Positions 31,934 through 41,658 of a stretch of DNA of 64,000 nt are shown here, piece by piece. Both the position numbers and the translations under genes were made by a program. Under the pieces are notes generated by a model. That model made no database searches, was not told the DNA's origin, and worked only from the letters and a program-made list of their open reading frames with translations. The stretch is from an uncultured Chroococcidiopsis sp. (GTDB taxonomy: Bacteria > Cyanobacteriota > Cyanobacteriia > Cyanobacteriales > Chroococcidiopsidaceae), in contig CAXTYC010000008.1 in NCBI GenBank assembly GCA_964248365.1, positions 86,492 to 150,491 of the forward strand, read 5' to 3'. How positions within the stretch are numbered: the stretch's first letter is position 1; each line of letters opens with the position of its first letter.

Positions 31934-34471
31934 CTATTCAATTCGTACAAATTTACCACCTTGAATTTTAATTACTGCATCATTTTGTGCGAGAGACACT
32001 CTTTCTCCTGTACCGCTATCGAACCTAAATTTTCCAGTTGCACCATTAACTTCAAATTTAGGGTTTCTGAGTAAACTGTTTATCTCTTGACGATTTGGCT
32101 GTCGTAGTTGCTCTAAAGCAGTTGCGATCGCCTTTGTTGCATCATAAGCCATAGGCGATCGCCAGGTAATTGTTTTTGGATGCCAACTCGACTGAAACTT
32201 GCTGACAAAAGAATTTTTCTCTGCATTCGGATACCAGGGAACTGATAATGTTAAACCTTCTACTGCTTTCCCGCCTAACTCAATTGTTTTATTTGTATTT
32301 AGAGTAGGGCTACCAAACAGCCTCACTTGTAACTTATTGGAGCGCACTGCTTTGAATATTTCTGTTGCCTTGGCAATTCTATCGACATGAGGTGACATCA
32401 GCAAGGCATTAACACTGTTCTTTTTAATTTCCGCTACTACACTACTAGGTTTGAAATTTGGGTTGGAAAAGTCACAGTGTAAATCTATTGACTGTCCTTT
32501 ATCGGCTCTGAAAACTTGCTCAAATTGGTTTTTAAAGAATTCATTATCTGGTGCATCAGGATCTAAACAAATGCCAACTTTGGGATTAGGGACTTGATGG
32601 CGAATAAAATTTGATAGCTTCGCTGCAAAATAAGTAATCTGGGGAACCATCCTAAAAATATACGGCTTGTCTTGCAATTTGTCAGAAAAACTAGTCGGCG
32701 ATATCATTACTAGTTCTCTTTGGTTATATATGTCAGCAGCAGCAACCGAGGCATTCGAGGCATTATGCCCAACTACGGCTAAAATTGTGGTGTCTTTGAC
32801 AAATTTATCAGCAACTTTTCGAGCCAGAACGTCGTTGTTATTGTCATTGGCAATTACTACTTGTAATAGCTTGCCATTGATTCCATCATCGTCTTTAATT
32901 TCCTCTTGAAGTTGAGAAACAGGCTGTAACATCTCTTCTGCTACAGGTTGATTGCTACCAATAGGTACGCTAACCGCAATTTTTAAAGGTTCTTCTTTTC
33001 GAGTTGCTGCTATTGCATTGTTTAAATAAATTCGTGTTTCTGAATCGTTAGGGTTACGCTTGAGAGCAGCTTTGAAATTAGCGATCGCATTTGAATAATC
33101 TTGCTGTGCAAATGCTTTCACACCTGCTTCTTTCTCAGGGCTACTATTTTTAAATAGAACTTCTTCCCCCAAACTAATTCCAGGTGCAGATTCCGCCGCC
33201 CGATGAAATAAAGAATTATATATCCAGTAGGCAGCAGGTATTGATAGCACGGCAGCTGATAATATGATTAATAGCTTTACTTTTTGTGCAGTTGCAGGAT
33301 TTGGCAATGATTTAGTTGCTTTTGCTACTGGCTGCTGTGAAGGTTTTGCTTGAGGATAAAATAGCCCCTGTTCTTCGGGATTTTGGAAAAGCACAGGTAG
33401 CCAAGAGGCGTTAGGGGAGCGATTTTCGATTAACCTGAGCTTGTCACGGGCTTCACGCACTGCTTGATGTAAAGAAGCACCACCAGCAAAACAGGTGAGA
33501 AAATCATCTAAAAATTTTTGGGCGACGTTATCGTGAATCGGCTGCCGCATTACGATAACATGAGGAATCTGTAAAGAAGCTAGTTGTCGTGCCAATCCTA
33601 ACCCATCACAAGAGTTAAAAATTGCCAGTTTCAAACCATTTTCTACCGCTGTTTCTAGAGCAGTATTTAGTTGTTTAGGGGATAAATATTCTTGGTCATT
33701 GATCCAAATTCGTGCATTGTTACCTGCTGGTTCAGTTGCACTATGTCCGGCAAAGAAAACAATATCCCAAGGCTGACTCCTCAGTTTTTCTCTTAGCTCA
33801 GTTGCTCTAGGTTTTCGTAGCAGAACTAATTCGGCGAGTGGTAAATTCTTCTGGATAATGTTCCAGTCTGTTTCAATATCAATATGTTCATCGCTACCCA
33901 GAATTACTAGAAGTTTGACAGGTTCGCTCAGAGATCCTCTTGGTGGTACTCTAATGCTGCTCAGAGCAACTTCGGCATAACGATAGCGCTTTCTAAGTAA
34001 CCCCCATAACTCCCAAGGTATTTTTTGTAATTCTGAGTTTTCAGTTTCTATAATGAAGCTGACAGAATCATTTTTGCCCACTGTATGTAGCAATTCATCT
34101 CGTATATCCTTAATGGCAGAACGATCTAACCAGTCATTTAGGGCAAGCTCAAACTTGGGAGCAATTTTACTAGTATTATCCTCACTATCTCCACTTGAAT
34201 AATTTTTGATTATTTGGTTTGGAACACTAATTTGCCGAGTACTTTCCCGCCACCAGCGGCAGCTTTCTCCCCAAGATATGTGTTCTTCTAGCCAGTCATT
34301 CAAAAGTTTGACTATTTCTGGTGCTGGTGACAAACTACCCTTAACTTCTGAAACACAAAGCCGACCATTTTCTCTAATTTGTAATCTGACAGGAAAACCA
34401 TTCTCAAAATCACCGCCTCCAATTTGAAAAACAACTTGCTTGCTCCTTTCTACTAAGTTTTGGGCATTCAT
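31934..34471 (-). CDS. CHAT (caspase-like) protease - TM - TPR - LivJ-like periplasmic binding domain fusion
   Basis: FFAGHS and FNSCDG catalytic dyad; TM LLIILSAAVLSIPAAYWIY; GINGKLLQVVIAND, LAVVGHNAS, MISPTS, AYDAT. Confidence 0.9.
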   Translation of the reverse strand: MNAQNLVERSKQVVFQIGGGDFENGFPVRLQIRENGRLCVSEVKGSLSPAPEIVKLLNDWLEEHISWGESCRWWRESTRQISVPNQIIKNYSSGDSEDNTSKIAPKFELALNDWLDRSAIKDIRDELLHTVGKNDSVSFIIETENSELQKIPWELWGLLRKRYRYAEVALSSIRVPPRGSLSEPVKLLVILGSDEHIDIETDWNIIQKNLPLAELVLLRKPRATELREKLRSQPWDIVFFAGHSATEPAGNNARIWINDQEYLSPKQLNTALETAVENGLKLAIFNSCDGLGLARQLASLQIPHVIVMRQPIHDNVAQKFLDDFLTCFAGGASLHQAVREARDKLRLIENRSPNASWLPVLFQNPEEQGLFYPQAKPSQQPVAKATKSLPNPATAQKVKLLIILSAAVLSIPAAYWIYNSLFHRAAESAPGISLGEEVLFKNSSPEKEAGVKAFAQQDYSNAIANFKAALKRNPNDSETRIYLNNAIAATRKEEPLKIAVSVPIGSNQPVAEEMLQPVSQLQEEIKDDDGINGKLLQVVIANDNNNDVLARKVADKFVKDTTILAVVGHNASNASVAAADIYNQRELVMISPTSFSDKLQDKPYIFRMVPQITYFAAKLSNFIRHQVPNPKVGICLDPDAPDNEFFKNQFEQVFRADKGQSIDLHCDFSNPNFKPSSVVAEIKKNSVNALLMSPHVDRIAKATEIFKAVRSNKLQVRLFGSPTLNTNKTIELGGKAVEGLTLSVPWYPNAEKNSFVSKFQSSWHPKTITWRSPMAYDATKAIATALEQLRQPNRQEINSLLRNPKFEVNGATGKFRFDSGTGERVSLAQNDAVIKIQGGKFVRIE

Positions 34472-34575
34472 ATATGTCTTCCTTGGGGCGGTATAATCTT
34501 AAAATTTAAGTCAAAAAGAAGGAGCATAAATGAAAACTCAATAATTCTTTAACTGCTAGTTTCCACTAGCTAAAA

Positions 34576-35937
34576 TTAAACTATAAAGTATTCGGTAATA
34601 CTTGAAGAAGCCAGAACAAGACGAACACCAAAGCGATCGCCCACGTCAGCTCTAAAATAAAGAGAAATGTAATCGTCTTGTGGCTCATTTCTCGCTACAG
34701 CTTCCAACCCAGAAATGCTTGCGCCATTTTCATTTACTCCTAGTAATTGCAAAAGGGGTGGTAATTTAGTTTGGCTACCTGTAGGATAAGCTCTTAGCAA
34801 CACGCCAATTCGACTATCTGGTTTACGTAAAACTGCTACCATCAAAGCAACAGGATACCCCATTAGTTGAATTCCTAAATCCATCACTCTTCTAATAGCA
34901 GCATCGGGATGATGGGGATTGATCGCCCACAAATATTCAGCCGCCTGCCAACAAGTGGTATCATCTTCAGTTGTCTGCATTAGATGAACTAAGGCGGATT
35001 CTGGTTCAAAATTGGCAGGGAGAGCAACCATGTTTTGACTACTATACAACTGCGCGATCGCTCGTTTCACCAATTCTTGTGTATCCAATCTAATTCCTCT
35101 GACTTTTTTCGAGCGAACTGCTGGAGTTAGAGTCTTTGCATTCAACCAATTTTCGATTGTCTGCCAACCAGCTTCAACTACACCATCAAACCAAGCTCCC
35201 AGCCGCACTAATTGCGGTTGAACTCGTTCCATGCGCCGCTGGTATAATTTTTGTAACCATACTTGCCGATCTAGTAATGCTCCCCACTGCTCAAACTTCA
35301 CTTCTAGCCTGGGAGAATAGGACGATGGTTGGCTCAGTTGCTCAATTAAAGCTTTAGCATCATCATTTGACAACGAAGTTAATAAGGCTACTTCTCCTTT
35401 TTCATCAGGATAATCGAGTGCAACCCACAGCAAATCTAAGTTTGCAATTACGGCATCTTGCTCTACATAATAAGTATTCGCTGTCGCGTCATACTCACCT
35501 TTAGCTTTCAAACTGCGGCGAGAAACAAAGCCCCAAATATGCAGGTATTTCTCAGTAAGATCGAATTGTACGGGTAAATAATAATCTGCTGCCCAACTGG
35601 GTATATCTACCCATTCTTGAGGTACAGCAAAATCCTCGGTGTCTATAGCATCACTGGGAATCAGCACTAGTCGCTTTTGCTCTAGCTCAATTGCTATACC
35701 ATTTACTACTTCCCAAGCGATTTCACCTGGAAACAAAGTGAAATTAGCGGATAAACCGAAATCCTGTATCAATTTTACCAACAAATTAAAACACAAACGA
35801 GCAATTTTGGCATGATTGCGTCCAGTTTGGTTAGAGTAACTTCTGGTTGCAGCTTCAGCGATTTGCAAATCGCTGTCGGAAAATTCTAACCAAATGTGTT
35901 CAGAATAAATTTTGCGTAATATTTCTATCGACTTCAT
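34576..35937 (-). CDS. DUF1822-family protein (candidate anti-sigma/partner)
   Basis: WEVVNG..I....RLVLIP, VPQEWVDIPSWAADYYL, LGAWFDG...GWQ, DLGIQL, DRFGVRL...SITEYF. Confidence 0.85.
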   Translation of the reverse strand: MKSIEILRKIYSEHIWLEFSDSDLQIAEAATRSYSNQTGRNHAKIARLCFNLLVKLIQDFGLSANFTLFPGEIAWEVVNGIAIELEQKRLVLIPSDAIDTEDFAVPQEWVDIPSWAADYYLPVQFDLTEKYLHIWGFVSRRSLKAKGEYDATANTYYVEQDAVIANLDLLWVALDYPDEKGEVALLTSLSNDDAKALIEQLSQPSSYSPRLEVKFEQWGALLDRQVWLQKLYQRRMERVQPQLVRLGAWFDGVVEAGWQTIENWLNAKTLTPAVRSKKVRGIRLDTQELVKRAIAQLYSSQNMVALPANFEPESALVHLMQTTEDDTTCWQAAEYLWAINPHHPDAAIRRVMDLGIQLMGYPVALMVAVLRKPDSRIGVLLRAYPTGSQTKLPPLLQLLGVNENGASISGLEAVARNEPQDDYISLYFRADVGDRFGVRLVLASSSITEYFIV

Positions 35938-35949
35938 TGTATTTCCTGT

Positions 35950-37338
35950 TTAATCCAAATGTTGACTGAAAGAATGCATTCCAGATTCGTTTAACCTTTG
36001 TTCTACCAACATAGGAATTTTGGCGATCGCACATCCTTGTTGATCTAGTTTTAATTCAATGTGTTGCTCAATTTGTCTTGTTAGGCGATCGCACAAATAA
36101 ACGAGCGGTTCCCAAGGTGCAATTCGCATTTGTGGTAGTGAGTCTATTGATGAATCCCAAAATTTATCTATGATTTCGCTGCAATAACTACCTAGCAATG
36201 ATTCCATCTCTGATAAGCCTTCAGAACTCGGTTCAATATTTAGATTTTGTCTTACCCAATTCCAAATTTGAGGCAAGATTTTCTTGTATACCGATTGCAG
36301 ATGACGACAGATTTGATATTGCTTTAATCCTAGTTCAGTGGCAACTTCATTTTGTGTTAATTCCAAACCATAGCTAAGAAAAAGAATTTGGTATTTTTGC
36401 ACTGGCTGAATTTTTAGTTCATTTATCAGGCGCTCTATCTCCTGCTTCAATTCACCTAATTCTTCTATATCCATGCTCGATTCTGAGGAAGGCATTACAA
36501 AACTAGCATTTTCCTCACCGCGCTCAAGAGCAGCATCTAGAGAAGTAGTTTGTGGAGCTAATAATTCTCGAATTGCTGCTCCGATATTTTCTAGCCAAGT
36601 TTTGATCTGTTCTCCATTTATATTTTGTCCGTGTAATTGGTTGTAACGTTCAGCAATTTTCTGGTAATGTTCCACCAAAATATTATTTACCGCCAGATTG
36701 CTAGCATTTTTTACTTCTTGAAAACATTGCCAAGCCAGTAAATATTGAGATAATTGTAGCCCTCCGTAATTTGAATTTTGTATAGCTTCTTTTACTCGTT
36801 TGCGGCTGGCGCGTGCCACCAAAGCCAAGTTCGAGCGCCCCAAAGTTTCGATTTGGGTAATTTTTCTTACTTGGGTAAGTAAAAGATACTTAATTTTTTG
36901 CTCGGTAAACTTCTTTAACGTGGGATACCAATAGACAATTTGAGAACGCCTAATATCGAACTTAGCCAAAAATTTTTCCGGCTCGATTGTAGCTTGATAA
37001 CCTATGATAAATAAGTCAGAGAAACAATCAAACCGTAAATGATCGGGTAGTAGCCACATAATTTTGTTAGCTACTTTTTCACAGCTTCTTTGAAGAAAAG
37101 CAATCCAATGTCTACGGCATAATTCATCGGGGGGATGCTGCTGTAACTGCTCGAATAAATATCGAGCTAGTAATGCTTCTAGTCTCTGTTCATCTAATTG
37201 TGCTGATGGATCTATTTGAGTAGCGCAACGATTAATATGCTGTAATAACTGTTGGTCAACTCGCCAGATAATGCGACGATTTTCTATGCTGCTGGGTATG
37301 GTATAAAAGCACTCAAGGGGCATGGCGTGTGTAATCAA
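35950..37338 (-). CDS. Sigma-70-like (HetZ-related) RNA polymerase sigma factor / HTH regulator
   Basis: Region-4-like HTH ILFLSYGLELTQNEVATELGLKQYQICRHL; SLDA motif; YLLAWQCFQE. Alternative ATG at 37323. Confidence 0.75.
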   Translation of the reverse strand: MITHAMPLECFYTIPSSIENRRIIWRVDQQLLQHINRCATQIDPSAQLDEQRLEALLARYLFEQLQQHPPDELCRRHWIAFLQRSCEKVANKIMWLLPDHLRFDCFSDLFIIGYQATIEPEKFLAKFDIRRSQIVYWYPTLKKFTEQKIKYLLLTQVRKITQIETLGRSNLALVARASRKRVKEAIQNSNYGGLQLSQYLLAWQCFQEVKNASNLAVNNILVEHYQKIAERYNQLHGQNINGEQIKTWLENIGAAIRELLAPQTTSLDAALERGEENASFVMPSSESSMDIEELGELKQEIERLINELKIQPVQKYQILFLSYGLELTQNEVATELGLKQYQICRHLQSVYKKILPQIWNWVRQNLNIEPSSEGLSEMESLLGSYCSEIIDKFWDSSIDSLPQMRIAPWEPLVYLCDRLTRQIEQHIELKLDQQGCAIAKIPMLVEQRLNESGMHSFSQHLD

Positions 37339-37351
37339 AGAGTGGAGTTAA

Positions 37352-38734
37352 TTAATCTGCCGTAGGGAGCTTGACAAATTCGTAAACAGAGCCTTTAGAT
37401 TGAACTTGGACAATCACAGGCTGACCGATGCGATCGCCACTAGGTGAAAATCTAACCGCAACACCAGCTCCCTCAACTGCAAACTGGGGACTTCGCAACA
37501 CTTGCTCTAAACCATCACGAGTATTACTTTGCTGCAATCCTGCAATAATCGCTCTTGTTGCATCATAAGCCGTAGCCGAGCGCCAACTTACCTTACCGCG
37601 CCATCTTTGACTCATCTTGTCTGCAAAAGAATTGCGCGGATTAGCTTGGGGATGCCAAGGTGCAGCTAGCACTAATCCTTCAACACTTTGCTGCCCAAGT
37701 TGTAAGGTTTTAATGGTATACATTGTCGGGCTGCTAAATAGAGCTAATTTGCCCTGATTTTGATTTGCTCTTGCAAGATCGATCCCAGCTTGTAAGCGAT
37801 CGACATGAGGAGAGATAAATAACCCATCCGCACCACTGCTTACAGCTTGATTTACTGCCGTAAAAGCGTTAAAGTTAGGAGCAGATAAATCGCAAACGGT
37901 GGGGACTAATTGACCTCCCTTTGACACAAAAGCTGCCTGAAATTCATCTTTGAATGAGACATTATCTGGGGCTTGGGAATCGTAACAAAAAGCAATTTTG
38001 GTTTTATGGGCAGTTTTAACTGTATAGTTGGCTAACGCTGTTGCTGTTACTTTGGTAGTGAGAACAGTCCGAAAAATATAATTACCAATTCCAGAGAGAT
38101 TATTAGCAAAACTAGTAGGTGACACCATCACTAAACCCCCCTTTTGATAGATGGGAGCAGCCGCCAAAGATGCATCTGAGGCATTATGTCCTACAACTGC
38201 TAATACTTGCGAATCTTTAACTAATTGTTCGGCTACCTGACGGGCAATTTCAGGTTTATTTTCATCATTCACAATCTCTACAAGCAATTTTTGCCCATTG
38301 ATTCCACCCTGCTGGTTAATTTCATCCTGCGCCTGGGCGACACCTCGAAGGATTTCTTGAGCAACATTGAGGTTACTGCCGATTGGTACGCTTACAGCTA
38401 TTTTGAGAAAGCGATCGCCTACTTGGGCGTTATTTAAATAGATCAGTGTTTCGGGATCGTTAGGATACTGGAGGAGGGATTTTTTAAAATGTTCAATTGC
38501 CTCAGAGTGATCGCCCCCCGCAAATGCTTCAATTCCCTTTTGTTTGTCTGGTGTAGCATCTTTTTGGATTAATAAGCGATTACCGATACTGACGCGATCG
38601 CTACTACTAAATCTGTCTTTGTTAACACTTTCGCGCAGTTTTGGAACTAAGAAAATCAATAACAATCCCAGGCAGATGTAGACAATCGGAGGTAGTCCAC
38701 CTTTCTTAGTTTTTACATCATGTGGTTGCGACAT
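37352..38734 (-). CDS. Membrane-anchored LivJ-like (Venus-flytrap) substrate-binding protein with TPR
   Basis: N-terminal TM; PNDPETLIYLNNA, KIAVSVPIGSN, GGINGQKL, VVGHNAS, AYDAT. Confidence 0.88.
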   Translation of the reverse strand: MSQPHDVKTKKGGLPPIVYICLGLLLIFLVPKLRESVNKDRFSSSDRVSIGNRLLIQKDATPDKQKGIEAFAGGDHSEAIEHFKKSLLQYPNDPETLIYLNNAQVGDRFLKIAVSVPIGSNLNVAQEILRGVAQAQDEINQQGGINGQKLLVEIVNDENKPEIARQVAEQLVKDSQVLAVVGHNASDASLAAAPIYQKGGLVMVSPTSFANNLSGIGNYIFRTVLTTKVTATALANYTVKTAHKTKIAFCYDSQAPDNVSFKDEFQAAFVSKGGQLVPTVCDLSAPNFNAFTAVNQAVSSGADGLFISPHVDRLQAGIDLARANQNQGKLALFSSPTMYTIKTLQLGQQSVEGLVLAAPWHPQANPRNSFADKMSQRWRGKVSWRSATAYDATRAIIAGLQQSNTRDGLEQVLRSPQFAVEGAGVAVRFSPSGDRIGQPVIVQVQSKGSVYEFVKLPTAD

Positions 38735-38794
38735 ATGTAATTATTGAAATTTGAATTATGAATTGTATAAACTGATATCTTGCACCTGTTGCAA

Positions 38795-38916
38795 CAGCCG
38801 CTCTCGAAATTAATTTCCCAGCTTACAGCTAAAATCGATTGAAATCGGTTCAAGCCTTCCTGGTAGTCTACTTCAGTAGACTTCTGCTATGAGCCGTGAA
38901 CTTAAGTTTACGGCGG
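38795..38916. repeat. Multi-hairpin dispersed repeat (REP-like)
   Basis: Palindromes GAAATTAATTTC, AGTCTACTTCAGTAGACT and GCCGTGAAC..GTTTACGGC. Confidence 0.55.
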
Positions 38917-38942
38917 ATTTAGTTCCCTACGAAGCAAGAAGT

Positions 38943-39677
38943 CTAATTAGTATTTTTCAACTTGGCAAGACGACGGGAAATTTCATCATCAAGCGTCAAG
39001 CGTTCTAAATCTGTTTGCAGCTTATCCGTGTGACTTTCAGATAGTTCTGCTTGAGCATTAACTTTCAAATATCTGCCTTCGATTGCTGCTTGTGCAGATT
39101 CAAATTGATCGCTAGCTGCACTGAGGTTTAAACTACTATCAACTTTGGCAATTGTCGCTAAGGCTTCATTGATTTCTGATAAAGCCTTCAGATTTTGCAT
39201 TTCTGTTTTATAAGCCTCTACCTTTTCTCGTTCCCGATAGAGTTTTTCTTTAGCGGCAATTACTACTTTTTCAGCAGAGGCAACTTGTTCGGCAATTTTG
39301 GGTAGTAGCCGTTCAATTGCGATCGCCCGGCTCATTGACAATCTTGCTGCTTCTTCATTACCTTGTTCATAGGCAAGCCTTGCCCCATTTTCTGCCTGTT
39401 TCAACTCTTGAAGTTTGGCTGCGTATTTAGTTTGAGCTTTTTCATAAGCAGCTACTACTGTGGCGACAGATTCAGTAATTTTGGCGATCGATCTTTGCAT
39501 CGATTCGAGAGATTCCTGCGCCACTTCTTGTGCAATTTTGCCTCCAGATTCGACTGGAATACCCCATAGCCAATTCCAGATCCCTACCAAAGTACGTCCA
39601 GATCTGTCCCCAATTAACCAATATATGACCAGTTTTAACTTACCTTCGCCAATTAACCAATAAATCAGTTGCTTCAT
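38943..39677 (-). CDS. PspA/IM30-family coiled-coil protein
   Basis: Long coiled coil; ARLAYEQGNEEAARL, LDDEISRRLAKLK. Confidence 0.82.
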   Translation of the reverse strand: MKQLIYWLIGEGKLKLVIYWLIGDRSGRTLVGIWNWLWGIPVESGGKIAQEVAQESLESMQRSIAKITESVATVVAAYEKAQTKYAAKLQELKQAENGARLAYEQGNEEAARLSMSRAIAIERLLPKIAEQVASAEKVVIAAKEKLYREREKVEAYKTEMQNLKALSEINEALATIAKVDSSLNLSAASDQFESAQAAIEGRYLKVNAQAELSESHTDKLQTDLERLTLDDEISRRLAKLKNTN

Positions 39678-39901
39678 TTCTCACCACTTCCAACCCATCT
39701 GATTAAGTATTGGGATGGAGTAAGAAAAAAATGCAGCCTGTTTCTGCCTGCGATTATTAACTTATATTAAATCCGGCTAAACACCCATAAATTCTATAGG
39801 GGCGGGTTTAATGATACATCTGGCTCGAAGACAAATTACCTAGTTAACCCGCCTCTACTAAACACTATTTTTACAGGTATTTCACCCTTCCAACCTTCAT
39901 A

Positions 39902-40076
39902 ACAGACGCAATATATTGCGTCTGGAACACCTTTGTTTTCCTTAGCGCCTTTGCGCCTACTGGAGCGAGTTGCCGCTAGCCTGCGGCAACGCTCCGCGAA
40001 CGCGTCTATGCGTGACATTATCCTCCTACCTTCGTGCAACGCTACAGACGCAATATATTGCGTCTGGAACACCTTT
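39902..40076. repeat. Two exact 33-bp palindromic direct repeats flanking other dispersed repeats
   Basis: ACAGACGCAATATATTGCGTCTGGAACACCTTT at 39902-39934 and 40044-40076. Confidence 0.85.
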
Positions 40077-40085
40077 CGGGTTTCA

Positions 40086-41486
40086 TCATTCAGGCGCTTC
40101 GCCCCCAACTACCACATTACGAATCCTTAAGCTGGGACCACCACAACCCACAGGTAAGCCACTTTGTCCACCCTTACCACAACCACCAGATTCATCCCAA
40201 TAGAAATCATCTCCAATCGCCTCAATATCACCTAGAGTTTGGAAGACATTTCCAGAAAGAGTGACATCGCGCACAGGTTCTGCAATCTTTCCATTGCGAA
40301 TCATCCAAGCTTCACCCGCACTGAAAGTAAACATCTCGCCATTGGTCATTCCACCCAACCAGTTACTAGCGTAAACTCCTTTTTTAATTCCATTAAACAA
40401 GTCTGCTACTGGTGTTTTTCCCCGCTCAATCCATGTATTAGTCATACGAACAATTGGGGCATAGTGGTAGTTAAGACAGCGAGCATTTCCTGTCGGTGCT
40501 TCTCCCAATTTTCCAGCTGTTTCGCGTGAATGCAGTCTTCCCACTAGAACGCCATCTTTAATTAATTGCGTAGTAGTGGCGGGAGTGCCTTCATCATCAT
40601 AGAAGTAGCTACCGCGATGTCCTTGGGGTGCTGCACCATCGAAAATTTGTAATTCTTTAGGTCCAAATCGCCGCCCCATGCTCATCACTTCTAACAAATC
40701 AGGGTTTTCATAAGCCGAGTCTGCTTCTGAAAGATGACCAAAGGCTTCGTGGACAAACAAACCAGTCAAAATTGGGTCGATAACTACAGTGTAGGTGTTA
40801 CCTTTGACTGATGGCAGAGATAGAGCTGCAACAGCTCTTTGGGCAGCGCTGCCCACTTGCTCATCTAATGTGGTTAAATCTTCATAAGCCTTGCGGGAAC
40901 CACTGGTTTCGCGTCCTGTTTGCACAGTGTCGCCGTTTCGAGCTGTAGCGGCGAAGCGCATTTCCATATCTACCCAAGACTGATCGATTAATGTGCCTTC
41001 TGAAGTGGCAAAGATCACCCGTTGCATAATGTCGCCATAACGCACCGAAGTAGTGGTAATCTTAGGGTCAAAGCTTTTGAGAATTTCGCTGTAGTGATCG
41101 CACAGTTGCTTTTTCTGCGTTAGGGAAATATGGCGTGGATCAGTGCCAGTTAGCGGTACAAAGCAAGTTGTTTGAACTGGTTCAATCGGGGCTAGAAGAG
41201 TTTCTCCATCCCCAACTATTCTAGCTGCGGCGATCGCTTCTTCTATTCTTTCAGTAATACTTGACAGCTGGTTAAAGCTACTCTGTCCCCAGCCACCTTT
41301 ATAACAAGCTCGTACTTGTCCACCAATAGCAATACCTTCACTCAAGGTTTCCACTTTCTCACTACGCAAAAAGATATCAGTTCCCTGAGATTCTTCGAGT
41401 CGAATCATCAGATAATCTACGCGGTGTGAATAACGGGCGATCAAGTCAGCAAGTAAGTTTTGGGCATCAGCAAGTGCATTCGGCAT
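40086..41486 (-). CDS. tldD: TldD/PmbA-family metalloprotease
   Basis: HEAFGHLSEAD, YDDEG, PIVRMTNT, CGKGGQ..PVGCGGP. Confidence 0.92.
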   Translation of the reverse strand: MPNALADAQNLLADLIARYSHRVDYLMIRLEESQGTDIFLRSEKVETLSEGIAIGGQVRACYKGGWGQSSFNQLSSITERIEEAIAAARIVGDGETLLAPIEPVQTTCFVPLTGTDPRHISLTQKKQLCDHYSEILKSFDPKITTTSVRYGDIMQRVIFATSEGTLIDQSWVDMEMRFAATARNGDTVQTGRETSGSRKAYEDLTTLDEQVGSAAQRAVAALSLPSVKGNTYTVVIDPILTGLFVHEAFGHLSEADSAYENPDLLEVMSMGRRFGPKELQIFDGAAPQGHRGSYFYDDEGTPATTTQLIKDGVLVGRLHSRETAGKLGEAPTGNARCLNYHYAPIVRMTNTWIERGKTPVADLFNGIKKGVYASNWLGGMTNGEMFTFSAGEAWMIRNGKIAEPVRDVTLSGNVFQTLGDIEAIGDDFYWDESGGCGKGGQSGLPVGCGGPSLRIRNVVVGGEAPE

Positions 41487-41658
41487 GGGAGAGAGCAACA
41501 ATGACACACTCACTTCATTTTGCAATTAATCTGAGCTATTGTGCTATTGAATTTCTAGTCTTGTACACAAGTTAGGGTAGTGTCTTGCAAAGGCGCAAAG
41601 GCGCTAAGGTGATAAGATTAATTCATCTATTTGTGCAAGGTGGTTCAGAATACCCAGT

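Noticed and set aside
31934..38734. Branched-chain amino acid ABC transporter operon or CRISPR-linked Craspase
   Set aside because: No permease or ATPase genes, and no Cas7-11 gene or array nearby.
39902..40076. Possible mini-CRISPR array
   Set aside because: Only two repeats, the 109-bp spacer is itself made of dispersed repeats, and there are no cas genes in the window.
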